A stretch of DNA of 64,000 bases from Bacteroidaceae bacterium (GTDB lineage Bacteria; Bacteroidota; Bacteroidia; Bacteroidales; Bacteroidaceae): the NCBI GenBank assembly GCA_045657945.1, contig JAZOUB010000041.1:43987-107986 (forward strand). The letters are read 5' to 3'. Shown piece after piece: positions 51,092-61,465 of this stretch. Under the pieces are notes generated by a model. The model was not told the origin of the DNA. It did not search any database and was given only the letters and a program-made list of their open reading frames with translations. The first letter of the stretch is position 1. Each line of letters opens with the position of its first letter. A program made the position numbers and the translations under genes.

Positions 51092-53779
51092 ATGCATTTT
51101 ATAGAATTCAATATACGATACAATGTCAGCGACAGTGCTACATTGCATCTCTGTTACAATCTTGACGGTGGTAACACTGCCCCCGAAAACACTCTGTCAC
51201 TGCGTGAAGTGCAGAAGGGATGGTGGCAATGCTCTCTCGAAGTGCCCGATGGCCACAAGCATATAAACTACGGTTATGAATTGCGTCAGGGTAGCAATAT
51301 CCTCTGCTCGGAGTGGGCAGGTACACCGCATACCTTGCGTTTCAACTGCGTGAACCGCAATTACATTGTTCACGACATGTGGCTCGACTCTCCGGCCGGG
51401 TACTATACCCGCACCAATCTTTTTCGTTTCTTCGACAAGCAACAGATACAGTTGGATGAGCCCTCGGTGAACTGGTATAACCGTAGCGTGACCTTCTCGG
51501 TCTATGCCACAGGCTTGCGAAGCGGCGAGCGTCTGCACCTTGTGGGTGATGCCGATGTTTTGGGTTGTTGGGAACCTGCAAAGGCGTTGCCGATGCAGCA
51601 GCGTGTGCCCAACCGCTGGAGCGTGACCTTTGATGTGTCGTCACTCTGGAGCGGCGGCCTCTACTACAAGTTCATTGCTGTTGATGAGAATGGCGCGGTG
51701 CGCTGGGAAGATGGCGAGAACCGCCATATCCTGTTGCCCGATTTCGAGCCATCGACCAACTATTTCTATCAGCTCGATGCCTTGACATTCGATGCCCCTT
51801 CGCTCCGCCTGGCAGGAACGGTAATTCCGCTCTTCTCATTGCGCTCGGCCCACGGTTGGGGTATCGGTGATTTCGGCGATATAAAACTGATGACCGACTG
51901 GCTTGTATCTACAGGGCAGAAGATCCTGCAGCTCCTGCCGGTGAACGATACAACCGTTCGTGGTGGCAATGAGGATTCATATCCCTATAACTGCGTCTCG
52001 GTGTTCGCCTTGAACCCCATATACGCCGACATGTCGGAGCTTCCCGAGCTCTCAAAACCGCGCCGCAATGCCTACTACCAGAAGGAGCGTGAGGTACTCA
52101 ATGCTTTGCCCGTGGTGAACTATTCAAAGGCATATCGCCTGAAAATAAACTATCTTCGCGAACTCTTTGACGAGGTAGGTGCCGATGTGCTTGCAAGCGA
52201 TGGTTATGTGGCATTTGAGAAAGAGCAGGAGCGTTGGCTCAAACCATATACACTATTCCGTTTCCTCTCCTCTCGTCTGCATAGCAATATATGGGACTGG
52301 GGCGAGTATTCCCGTTACGACAGCACTACAGCAGAGCGTGTCATTGCCGAGTACCCCGATGCCGTGCATGAGATGCGTTTTCACAGCTACGTGCAATATC
52401 TGCTGTTCACACAACTGTCTGCAGCCCACAACTACGCCAACAGCCGTGGTGTAGCTCTCAAAGGCGACATTCCCATTGGCGTTGCTCCCAATGGAGTTGA
52501 TGTGTGGTGCGACAGTGAGCAGTTCAACCTCTCCGTGTCGGCAGGTGCACCGCCCGATATGTTTGCAGCCGATGGTCAGAACTGGGGCTTCCCCACATAC
52601 AACTGGCAGGTGATGGCAGGTGACGGTTATGCCTGGTGGCGTCGCCGTCTGCAATACATGTCGTGCTTCTTCGATGCCTACCGCATAGACCACATATTGG
52701 GCTTCTTCCGCATTTGGGAAATCCCACGCACCGCAAAGAGCGGTCTTGCAGGCAGTTTCTCGCCCAACCGTCCGCTTTCCGTCGAGGAAATTCAAATGTC
52801 GGGCTTGGCCTTTGACGAGGCACAGCACACTGTTCCATACATTGATGATGCATTGCTCAAGAAACATTTCCCACGCAAGGTAAAGCTGGTTGTGGACTCA
52901 TTCCTTGATGCAAACGGTGATGGAACATACCGTTTCAAGCCCGAGATGGAGAATGCCAACCTGTTGGCCTACTACATATACGAGCGCACTCCAAAACTTC
53001 CACAGGCAATGAAGGATGCACTCCTTGCAATATATGGCAAGGTGCTCTTTATGCACGACCTCAACGCCCCGCAGCTCTTTGTGCCCCGCATCCTTGGCTA
53101 TGAGACCGAGGCCTATGTGCAGCTGAGCCAGAGCGACCGCGTAGCATACGACCATCTCTATGAGGACTATTTCTACAACCGCCATACAATGTTCTGGTTC
53201 CGCGAGGGAACACGTAAACTCACTCCGTTGCTCCTCTCTACGCCAATGACAGCCTGTGGCGAGGATTTGGGAATGATTCCGGCCTGTGTGCCCTGGGTTA
53301 TGAAGAACCTCCAGGTTCTCTCGCTCGAGATACAGCGAATGCCAAAGCTCTATGGCGAGACATTTGCCAACCCTGCACGTTACCCCTATCTCTCGGTTGC
53401 AACCCCCTCTACCCACGACATGAGCACGCTCCGTGGTTGGTGGCGCGAGGATGAGACCATGTCCCAGCAGTTCTATAACTGCATGCTTGGCTTCGACGGC
53501 AAGGCGCCTCTCGAAATGGATGGCCGTGTGGCTCATGCTATACTTTTGCAACATCTTGCTTCTCCGTCGGCGTTCGCGCTGTTCGCTTGGCAGGACTGGA
53601 TGGCAATGGACGAGCGTCTGCGCCGCGATAACCCCGATGACGAGCGCATCAACATACCGTCCAACCGCGACCACTGCTGGAACTATCGCATGCACATTCC
53701 GCTTGAACAGCTCATGCAAGAGCGTCTTTTCAACGACACCGTGCGCAACATGATAGCAGGTACAGGTCGTCTATGCTAA
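51092..53779 (+). CDS. malQ: 4-alpha-glucanotransferase (GH77, long Bacteroidota form with N-terminal CBM20-like repeats)
   Basis: Contains WGIGDFGD, LLPVNDT, YPYNCVSVFALNPIY, RIDHILGFFRIWEIP, CGEDLGMIP and PSTHDMSTLRGWW. Confidence 0.9.
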   Translation: MHFIEFNIRYNVSDSATLHLCYNLDGGNTAPENTLSLREVQKGWWQCSLEVPDGHKHINYGYELRQGSNILCSEWAGTPHTLRFNCVNRNYIVHDMWLDSPAGYYTRTNLFRFFDKQQIQLDEPSVNWYNRSVTFSVYATGLRSGERLHLVGDADVLGCWEPAKALPMQQRVPNRWSVTFDVSSLWSGGLYYKFIAVDENGAVRWEDGENRHILLPDFEPSTNYFYQLDALTFDAPSLRLAGTVIPLFSLRSAHGWGIGDFGDIKLMTDWLVSTGQKILQLLPVNDTTVRGGNEDSYPYNCVSVFALNPIYADMSELPELSKPRRNAYYQKEREVLNALPVVNYSKAYRLKINYLRELFDEVGADVLASDGYVAFEKEQERWLKPYTLFRFLSSRLHSNIWDWGEYSRYDSTTAERVIAEYPDAVHEMRFHSYVQYLLFTQLSAAHNYANSRGVALKGDIPIGVAPNGVDVWCDSEQFNLSVSAGAPPDMFAADGQNWGFPTYNWQVMAGDGYAWWRRRLQYMSCFFDAYRIDHILGFFRIWEIPRTAKSGLAGSFSPNRPLSVEEIQMSGLAFDEAQHTVPYIDDALLKKHFPRKVKLVVDSFLDANGDGTYRFKPEMENANLLAYYIYERTPKLPQAMKDALLAIYGKVLFMHDLNAPQLFVPRILGYETEAYVQLSQSDRVAYDHLYEDYFYNRHTMFWFREGTRKLTPLLLSTPMTACGEDLGMIPACVPWVMKNLQVLSLEIQRMPKLYGETFANPARYPYLSVATPSTHDMSTLRGWWREDETMSQQFYNCMLGFDGKAPLEMDGRVAHAILLQHLASPSAFALFAWQDWMAMDERLRRDNPDDERINIPSNRDHCWNYRMHIPLEQLMQERLFNDTVRNMIAGTGRLC

Positions 53780-53804
53780 TATTGATAATAAAAACAGATA
53801 AAAT

Positions 53805-54488
53805 ATGAGTACTACTTACAGTTTGTCAGCAAACACATTCCGTTCATCAATCCTTTCGGGAATCGCTGTCGGCATTGCCGGTTGGGGATATTTGGCATGT
53901 CGCAGCAAGGGACTTGAAGCTGAATATGATGCCAAGTGGTTTGAGGTCGTTGGTGCCGTGCTTTTCTCATTCGGCCTTTTGACCGTGGTCAATTACAAGT
54001 TGAAACTTTACACAGGAACAGCCGGTTTTGTTTCCTTGCGCAAAGAGGATGGAAGTTGCCGTTTCTTTAGAGCCATTGCAGAACTCCTCTTTATCCTTTT
54101 GGGCAATATCACAGGCTGTATGCTTGTTGCGCTTTTGCTGCGCTGTTCTCCAAATGATTTAGGTCTGGAACAGGCGAAAGTCATACTTGAAGGTCGCCTT
54201 GCCCTTGGACCTTTGAAGGCCGGAGCGCTTGCAATCGGTTGCGGTTTCATCATGACAACAGTCGTAACATTCGCCCGTGAGGGAAAACCATTGGCACTGC
54301 TTTTTGGTGTACCCCTCTTCATCTACTGCGGTTTTCCACACTGTCTGGCCGATGCGTTCTACTACATGGCAGCACCACTTTCTTACACCGGCGAGCACTT
54401 ATGGGAGATTGTAGCGCTTTATCCCTGTCTTGTGATAGGAAACTTTATTGGATGCAATCTTTATCGTTTCCTCGCCCCCAAGGAATGA
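53805..54488 (+). CDS. Formate/nitrite transporter (FNT)-like membrane protein
   Basis: 6-TM protein. KLYTGTAG and CGFPHCLADAFYY resemble the FNT motifs ELFTGN and GFEHSIANMF but are divergent. Confidence 0.5.
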   Translation: MSTTYSLSANTFRSSILSGIAVGIAGWGYLACRSKGLEAEYDAKWFEVVGAVLFSFGLLTVVNYKLKLYTGTAGFVSLRKEDGSCRFFRAIAELLFILLGNITGCMLVALLLRCSPNDLGLEQAKVILEGRLALGPLKAGALAIGCGFIMTTVVTFAREGKPLALLFGVPLFIYCGFPHCLADAFYYMAAPLSYTGEHLWEIVALYPCLVIGNFIGCNLYRFLAPKE

Positions 54489-54503
54489 TAGTTCGACCTA
54501 CAT

Positions 54504-54545
54504 AAAACAAGAACCGCTGCGAGACCTCGCAGCGGTTCTTGTTTT
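54504..54545. terminator. Bidirectional terminator
   Basis: AAAACAAGAACCGCTGCGAG-AC-CTCGCAGCGGTTCTTGTTTT, lying between convergent genes. Confidence 0.7.
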
Positions 54546-54577
54546 ATAGCAAATTCCATTTCGGGCTCCTTGCACCA

Positions 54578-57295
54578 TTATCTTATAAAGACCTTCTTGC
54601 CATCAATGATGTAAATACCTTTGCTTGGAATGTCAACTTTTCTTCCTGTCAAATCGTAAATGGTTCCAATTTCTCCGTTTTCAATCTCAATATCCTCAAT
54701 CGCGGTGTTGTTGAGTTCCACAGCGCGGATACCCCAAGTTGCGGCATTCGTAAGCTGATCTGAAGCGACGATAGTATAGCTGTTGACATCCATCGCCAAA
54801 TACTTTCCACAGCCCTGTATGGTAAAGTATATAGTGCCGTTGTCAAGATAGTTTGCCTTGAACACCAGCGCCTCCTCCTTGCTTTCTCCGCTGCATGATG
54901 TTCCGTTGTTGGCAATATCATTTATGTACAAACCATTCTTGTTCTTGATGTAGTAGTGGTGTGCAACACCTGTGCTCTCGAACATCCAACGCTTGTTTGG
55001 TGATGTATTCGCCATAGTGTTCGCAATGAGGCCATACTTGTCATAACACATGCTATATGACCTCAATTCACCGTTGGCAAGTGTATAAACATCAAGTTCC
55101 TTGAGGTATGCACGTGCCGATGGGTCATTCTTTAAATCCACCATCTCCTGCTCGAGCAATGCTATCCACTCCTTGTAGCTATGCTTGCTTGTATCCTTGC
55201 TGTCGGCAGCAGCCTTGGCCTCGTTGTACAGTGCTGTGATTTCAGTCAATGCACTCTTGTAGAAGTGACCGACCTCCTTGCCGGTTGTGGTAGTCTTGCT
55301 TGTGAGGCTCTTCACTGACGATAAAGTTGCATTTAAAGCCTCAAGCTGCATCTCCTCGTCATCGCTGTCTGCGACATTGGGCACTTCATAATCGGTACCG
55401 TCGGCCTGTGCAGCCACCACTCTCAATGGAGCATTTGCCTGTGCAACAGGCACTGTCAACTTGAACCCGTTGTTGAAGTCGAGCAACTCGCCGGTAGCTG
55501 CATTGTACAATTTGAAGCCGAGAGCACCCTTTACATCGGCAGCCTGCTTGATAGTAATGTTGTTCTGTATTCTTGCATAGTAATATCCCTGAGCCTTAAC
55601 ACTCTCGTCGATGTAATCGCTCCACTGTCCCGTGCTACCCATCTTGCCAATTGCAAACTCATCATTGAAGTTCAATCTATTACCGGCAACGCCATCGGTT
55701 CTTGGAGATGGTTTGATGCGGTCCTCAATGAATAGAAGGTGACCGCCCTTCTTTGCAAAACGCTGCATACGCGCACGGCTTGCCTCGGCCTCCTCTTTGG
55801 TGAGGTTCACGATGAAATTCTCATAATCACCCACACCCGCATCGGTCATAGGCTCAAACATACCCCAAGCCTCAAAGAACTCGCTGAGGTCCATCTGCGC
55901 AACATCGCAGCACACCTCGGCAAATCTCAGCTGGTCATCCTTGGCCTGTGTCAGCGAAGTCCAGTTGCGGTCTTTGGGTCCCTTGTCAAGTGGATTCTTG
56001 CGCAGAGCCTCGAACACTCTTGGATAGAATGTGGTGTCCTTGCCTGCTGCATGGAAATAGAGATAGAGCTGGAAGAACATTCTCGACTTTGCGATGATGT
56101 CACTGCCGCGCAACGGGAACGGAGTCTTGTTGCTGAAATCCTCGCGGCACACGCTCACACCGTTTCCACGTGTAGTTGTCTTTCCGGTGCGGAAAATCTG
56201 TGCATTGGCAAAGAGGTTGTTGGTGGCCTCGGTACATGATACAATGTTTATTGCATTCTGGTTTACATGGCCAATCTCGTGTGCCGGTCCCCACATCTGT
56301 CCCGGATCGGCGTACACCTTTTCCCAAGGCAGGATGTCGGGCAGTGTGTAATACTCATAGTAAGTATATGTCTCTGTCGCATACATGAACATACCTTCAT
56401 AGCCGTCCTTTGCCATAATCAGGTCGTTCCAACGGTCATAGTATTTGTCTGCGCCCATCAGCTCATGCTGCCACTTTACGCACTGGTCCCACCATTTGAT
56501 GGCATCGGTGATTGTGTTGGGGCATGCATTCAGCACATTCTTCAACTCCATGTGGAACATCACCCTCTCGCCAAGTACCTGAACCGAGTAGTGCTTCATC
56601 ATGTTCTGTGTCATGTCGCGCCAATCCTCATCGGTGTGGCGTGAAAGGTCGAAGTAACCGTTCACATATCCGCCCTCGATGTGGATGGGTACATTGGGGT
56701 AGTCGGCAAGCTTCTTGCTTGTAGCAGAGCTGTCTGTGTCAACATAATACTGTATGAACAACATACGGTCATCACCCTCTGTGTCGGGAATCTTCACTAC
56801 GTTCAATCCGCTTTGGAGCACATTTGTCATCAATGGACGGGGCATGTTGCCGGCCACAGGGGCAAGTTCCATCCAGATTGAGTCGGGCAACTCACTGCCC
56901 ACGAAAATGAGCACATACTCATTGTCTGCACTGATACCTGTGGGGTTCTGCAGTTCACTGTATTGTCTCACATTCATCAGGTACTTCCAGTTGTAGGAGT
57001 TACTGTAGGGCTTGGCCTCGAACACGCGGAACTCCTTCTCGCGCTTTTCCCAAGTATTGTTCTTCACCTTCAAGGCAATGTTTATAAGTTCTTCGGGCAT
57101 CGCACTCATTGTGGTACGCAACTGCTCGTCGGTCATTGCAGAGTAGGGAACTGCAAGTTCTGTACAGATGTCATCGACAAAGTAGTTCTTGAACTCGGCA
57201 TAATAACGCTGCGCATTGTTTGTTGTCAGCTGTGCATTTGCAGTCACAGCCACAGCAAGCAATAGTAATGTGAGAAGTAGATTTCTTAGTCTCAT
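54578..57295 (-). CDS. M60-like (enhancin-type) zinc metallopeptidase with lectin-like C-terminal module and T9SS CTD (905 aa)
   Basis: Zinc motif GPAHEIGHVNQ. Long collinear similarity to the next gene. CTD is IYDLTGRKVDIPSKGIYIIDGKKVFIR. Start is at MRLRNLLLTLLLLAVAVTANAQ. Confidence 0.85.
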   Translation of the reverse strand: MRLRNLLLTLLLLAVAVTANAQLTTNNAQRYYAEFKNYFVDDICTELAVPYSAMTDEQLRTTMSAMPEELINIALKVKNNTWEKREKEFRVFEAKPYSNSYNWKYLMNVRQYSELQNPTGISADNEYVLIFVGSELPDSIWMELAPVAGNMPRPLMTNVLQSGLNVVKIPDTEGDDRMLFIQYYVDTDSSATSKKLADYPNVPIHIEGGYVNGYFDLSRHTDEDWRDMTQNMMKHYSVQVLGERVMFHMELKNVLNACPNTITDAIKWWDQCVKWQHELMGADKYYDRWNDLIMAKDGYEGMFMYATETYTYYEYYTLPDILPWEKVYADPGQMWGPAHEIGHVNQNAINIVSCTEATNNLFANAQIFRTGKTTTRGNGVSVCREDFSNKTPFPLRGSDIIAKSRMFFQLYLYFHAAGKDTTFYPRVFEALRKNPLDKGPKDRNWTSLTQAKDDQLRFAEVCCDVAQMDLSEFFEAWGMFEPMTDAGVGDYENFIVNLTKEEAEASRARMQRFAKKGGHLLFIEDRIKPSPRTDGVAGNRLNFNDEFAIGKMGSTGQWSDYIDESVKAQGYYYARIQNNITIKQAADVKGALGFKLYNAATGELLDFNNGFKLTVPVAQANAPLRVVAAQADGTDYEVPNVADSDDEEMQLEALNATLSSVKSLTSKTTTTGKEVGHFYKSALTEITALYNEAKAAADSKDTSKHSYKEWIALLEQEMVDLKNDPSARAYLKELDVYTLANGELRSYSMCYDKYGLIANTMANTSPNKRWMFESTGVAHHYYIKNKNGLYINDIANNGTSCSGESKEEALVFKANYLDNGTIYFTIQGCGKYLAMDVNSYTIVASDQLTNAATWGIRAVELNNTAIEDIEIENGEIGTIYDLTGRKVDIPSKGIYIIDGKKVFIR

Positions 57296-57425
57296 ATTGT
57301 TAGGTTTTGTTTTTGCAGAATTTACCAAAATAGTTATAATATTGTGCCAAAAGTAGTGCTTTTTAATCAAATAAACAATAATAGGTGTTGTGATATATTA
57401 TATAAGGTAACAAATGTATAAAAAA

Positions 57426-57494
57426 GAGATTCTTCACATTCGTTCAGGATGACAATTTGCATGTCTTGTCATTCTGAGCGAAGCGAAGAATCTC
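57426..57494. repeat. REP-like long imperfect palindrome between the two M60 genes
   Basis: GAGATTCTTCACATTCGTTCAGGATGACA-ATTTGCATGTCT-TGTCATTCTGAGCGAAGCGAAGAATCTC. Confidence 0.65.
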
Positions 57495-57520
57495 AATTAT
57501 ATTCTGCTAACGGATTGTGA

Positions 57521-60500
57521 TTACTTCACAAGAACCTTTTTACCACCCTGGATGAAAATACCTCTTTCAGGATTTACAACTCGGCGACCGTTGAGGTCAT
57601 AGATTGCACCGTTGACATTAGCCTCGGGAATCACGTTCTCGATGTTTGTGATAATGTCGGCAACCTCCTTGTTGTTCTCAATAAGCGCAATCTGTACTCT
57701 CCAGTAAGACTTTGAAGCAGAAAGCTGTACTGCTGTACCTCCATCGTAAATGGTCTTTTCTGCCGCTGTCATAAGCAAACCATCATTCTTTGCATCATAC
57801 TCAATTGTCACAGGCAAGAAATCCTCCTCGGCCGAGGTGAAGATATAGTTCTTTGTGCCCTGGCGATATGCGAATCCCTTCTGACCTGCATTGTAGAGTT
57901 TGTACTCACCGGCCTTACCTGTTGAAACAAAGCTCCACAGAACGTCGTCGGTAACCTCGTCGCTCATCTCTACACGTCCCTTTCGGCTTGCCTGTGTTCC
58001 ATTATAGATACCTGCAAACTTCTCGCTCTTGTTGCTTATGATGTAGTACCATATAACCTGCTCGCCCTTTGTCACCATTGGAGCTGTCACTATGTACTTG
58101 CCCTCAATGTCGGTCAACTGCTTGCGCAATGTATTGGCATACTTCTGTAGCTGTGTTGCGGTAGCATTCTCCATGTTTGCCGATACCTCATAATATGTAT
58201 CGAGCAAGTTGAGTGCGTATGTGTTCAGGTTGTTGTCCTTTACAATGATTCCATCATTGAAGATGTTCATTGTTTGCAGGCTGTCAAGGTTAAGTACCTC
58301 GGTAATCTTTATGTTGGCCTCGGTCATCAATTCCTCAACAGCAGCCTTGTAGAATGCAAGTGAGTTGTCCTCTACAATATCCACGCGCCACTTTGCGCCG
58401 GTCTCGTTGAGCGGGAGAATACCGACGCTTCCGCCATCGCTCAGACCAAGAGTCTGTTCGCTGCCGTCGGCAAGGATGAAGTTTACACCACCATCATCGG
58501 TATAACCGACTGTGAACTTGAGTGCATCCTCCTGCTTCTTGGTCTCAAGGAAAGCACCGGCGGTTGTGAGGTTTGTCAGATAATAACCTGTTGATGTGCA
58601 TTTGAGGAAGTACTCGCCAACCTTTCCTGCATACTCGATAGTCCAATTGATGTTGCCGCCGGTCTTGTTGGTTGTTGTTGCTGTAGGATACTCACCGACT
58701 GCATAGTAACCTCTGTAAGGATTAATCAATCTTCTCATTGTAAATACAGCACCCTCCTTGATGGTAATGCGTGCATCCTCGTTGTTGAGAACCTTGCTGC
58801 ACTCATCGTCGAGCATAATGCTCCACTCGGCAAACGAATACTTGCTTGTGTCATTAGCCTTGTAAGCGGCATTCGCCTCCTTGTATAATGCCTCAAGGTC
58901 AGCAATAGCCTCGGGATAGTAATAACCCACAATAGTGTTTGCAGCAGCCTTTGTGGCAATAATTGCGCTTGCCGATTTCAATGAACCGTCAAGAGCCTCC
59001 TTCTGCATTGACTCGGGACCCTGTGAAGCGTGAGGTACCTCATAGTCTGTACCGTCGGCCTGTGCTGCAACAACCTTCAAAGGCGCACCACTTGCTGTTA
59101 CAGGTACATTCATCTCATACTTGTTAGTGTAAGAGAGCAACTCACCTGTCTCGGCATTGTAGAGCTTGAAACCAAGCGCACCGCTTGCACCCTCAGCCTC
59201 CTTTATAACCACCTTGCCCTTTGAAACGGCATAGTAGTAGCCCTGAGCCTTCACAGTCTCATCGATGTAATCCATCCACTGGCCAAAGTTACCAACGGTA
59301 CCGATAGTCTCGCCATCCCAGTCGGCATAGTTTGCACGGTAGCCTGTACCGTCGCAGAATGGGCTCTTCTTTCTTGGCGACTTGCGCACGCGGTCCTCGA
59401 GGAACATCAAGTGACCACCCTTCTTCTCATACTTCTGCATACGGGCCTTGCTTGCCTTGGCATCCTCCTCGAGCAAGTAAACCCAGTGGTGACCATAGTC
59501 GCCCACGAACGCATTCTTCATTGGGATAAAGAATCCCCATGCCTCGAAGAACTCGCTGAGGTCCATCTGTGCAATCTCACAGCAAGCCTCGGCAAACTTC
59601 AGCTGGTCTTTCGAAGCATCTACAGAGTTTCTGTAGAAACCGTTCTCGTCAAGTTCGTCCCAAGATCCTACTCTCCAACCCGGCAGCTGGTCGTAACGCA
59701 ACTTCTCGAACAGACGTGGATAGAATGTGGTATCCTTCTCTGCTGCGTGGAAGTAGAGGAACAACTGGAAGTACATACGTGTCATACTGAACAGCTTTGA
59801 ACCATACATACCCTCACCGCGTACAACGTATGGAATCTTGTTCTCGAAGTCGAGAATCTGGTTATCCATGTTGTTGCCACGGCTCACGTGTGTACCCTGG
59901 TCAAAGATGGCAAAGTTTGTGAGCGCGTTGTTGCTCACCTCGGATGTACCCACAATCTGGAACGCATACTGGTTTGTGTGACCGATCTCGTGGTTTGGAC
60001 CCCAAGAGCTGCCGGCATCGGCAATAAGCAGGTCATAGTTCACGATTGTGCTCAGAGTATTGTTGTTGTAGTGTGTGCGGTAAGCACTTGCATCCATGAA
60101 GCCGTTGTCGTCACTCATGGCAAGCTGCTTGTTGTTCATCCATGGATAATACTTGTCAAGAGCCATGTAGTGGTTCTGACGGCTGTTCCAGAAATCCCAA
60201 AGGCGCATTACACCCTCAATGTTGTCGGGGCACTCCTTGAGGAACTCGTATGTGCGGAAGTTGAGCACGGTGAGGTCACCGGCAGCCTGTACGGCAGTAG
60301 GGTTCTTGAACATGTTGTCGCGCATGTAAACCCAATCCTCGTTGGTGTGTCCGCGCTCCTTGCTCCAGAAACCGTTCACGTAACCGTTCTCGATGTGAAC
60401 CTTTACGGTAGGGTAGTCGGCAAGTTTCTTGCCGTCGATAGCAGTCTCGCACACATAGCGGATGTAGAGCGAACCGTCCTTGTTCGCACATGGTACAATG

Positions 60501-61453
60501 TTCAAACCCTCCTTCAAACGTGTGTCGTTACCCCAGAACTTGGTGCTCGCCATTTCTGCAAGGTCAATTGTTGTACCCTCGGGAATCTCCTCTACAAACA
60601 CATAGATGAAGCTCTTTGAGTCGCTTGTGCTGATACCGGTAGGGTTGTTTATACGGTTATAAGGACGTGTAAACAATCTGTCGGCCCAAACCTCGGGGTT
60701 GCTGTATGGCTTGTAGTCATAAATGCGGAACTCCTTCTCGCGTGTAACGCTGTCCCAAGCATTGTTCTTTATCTTGAGAACAGCCTGCTGCAGGTCGGCA
60801 GGAACACCCTCGAGCTCGGCGATGATCTCGGCATCGCTCTTTGCTGCCCACTCGGCCTTGAGCACAGTGCAGGCATTGTCTTCAAAAAGGCCACCCACCT
60901 TTGCTGCAATAGCATTGGCGTTGTTGAGCACCTTGGCATAATCCTGATATGCGGCAGCAGCTGCAGCAATCTCCTCGGCACTGATGTTTACCTCTTCAAA
61001 TGTCCACTCGGTACCCGAAATCTCATTGGTACCGTAACTCCATGGTACAATGTTTGAACTGCCGTCGCAGTGCATACCCCAGTTCTTTGTCGGGGTGAGG
61101 TCGATGTTGTAGCAGCCCTTGAGCATTGGGTTCTCGGTAACAGTGAACTGTGTCACGGTGTTGCCGGTCTTCCACTGGACATTACGGCCGGTCTCGTACT
61201 GCACATAACGCTGTGTATAGACATTCTTAATTGTAAACTTGCCGTCATCGGCAGCGTTGAACATCCACATCTCGTGGTAGTCGGTTGCTGTGCCTTTTGA
61301 CGCGCATGACAGTGTGTGCAGGATGGGGCTTTCCGACATCACTGTGCCATATTTTGCACTTACAATGCGGTAAACCTTTCCGTCCTCAACCTGTGCAAAA
61401 GCAAAGGTTGCAAGCATTACAAGGAATGCTGTGAGTAAAGATTTCAGTTTCAT
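57521..61453 (-). CDS. M60-like zinc metallopeptidase with N-terminal ricin-type-like module, C-terminal modules and T9SS CTD (1310 aa)
   Basis: Zinc motif GPNHEIGHTNQ. Paralog of 54578..57295. CTD is IYDLNGRRVVNPERGIFIQGGKKVLVK. Confidence 0.85.
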   Translation of the reverse strand: MKLKSLLTAFLVMLATFAFAQVEDGKVYRIVSAKYGTVMSESPILHTLSCASKGTATDYHEMWMFNAADDGKFTIKNVYTQRYVQYETGRNVQWKTGNTVTQFTVTENPMLKGCYNIDLTPTKNWGMHCDGSSNIVPWSYGTNEISGTEWTFEEVNISAEEIAAAAAAYQDYAKVLNNANAIAAKVGGLFEDNACTVLKAEWAAKSDAEIIAELEGVPADLQQAVLKIKNNAWDSVTREKEFRIYDYKPYSNPEVWADRLFTRPYNRINNPTGISTSDSKSFIYVFVEEIPEGTTIDLAEMASTKFWGNDTRLKEGLNIVPCANKDGSLYIRYVCETAIDGKKLADYPTVKVHIENGYVNGFWSKERGHTNEDWVYMRDNMFKNPTAVQAAGDLTVLNFRTYEFLKECPDNIEGVMRLWDFWNSRQNHYMALDKYYPWMNNKQLAMSDDNGFMDASAYRTHYNNNTLSTIVNYDLLIADAGSSWGPNHEIGHTNQYAFQIVGTSEVSNNALTNFAIFDQGTHVSRGNNMDNQILDFENKIPYVVRGEGMYGSKLFSMTRMYFQLFLYFHAAEKDTTFYPRLFEKLRYDQLPGWRVGSWDELDENGFYRNSVDASKDQLKFAEACCEIAQMDLSEFFEAWGFFIPMKNAFVGDYGHHWVYLLEEDAKASKARMQKYEKKGGHLMFLEDRVRKSPRKKSPFCDGTGYRANYADWDGETIGTVGNFGQWMDYIDETVKAQGYYYAVSKGKVVIKEAEGASGALGFKLYNAETGELLSYTNKYEMNVPVTASGAPLKVVAAQADGTDYEVPHASQGPESMQKEALDGSLKSASAIIATKAAANTIVGYYYPEAIADLEALYKEANAAYKANDTSKYSFAEWSIMLDDECSKVLNNEDARITIKEGAVFTMRRLINPYRGYYAVGEYPTATTTNKTGGNINWTIEYAGKVGEYFLKCTSTGYYLTNLTTAGAFLETKKQEDALKFTVGYTDDGGVNFILADGSEQTLGLSDGGSVGILPLNETGAKWRVDIVEDNSLAFYKAAVEELMTEANIKITEVLNLDSLQTMNIFNDGIIVKDNNLNTYALNLLDTYYEVSANMENATATQLQKYANTLRKQLTDIEGKYIVTAPMVTKGEQVIWYYIISNKSEKFAGIYNGTQASRKGRVEMSDEVTDDVLWSFVSTGKAGEYKLYNAGQKGFAYRQGTKNYIFTSAEEDFLPVTIEYDAKNDGLLMTAAEKTIYDGGTAVQLSASKSYWRVQIALIENNKEVADIITNIENVIPEANVNGAIYDLNGRRVVNPERGIFIQGGKKVLVK

Positions 61454-61465
61454 ATTGAAAAAATT

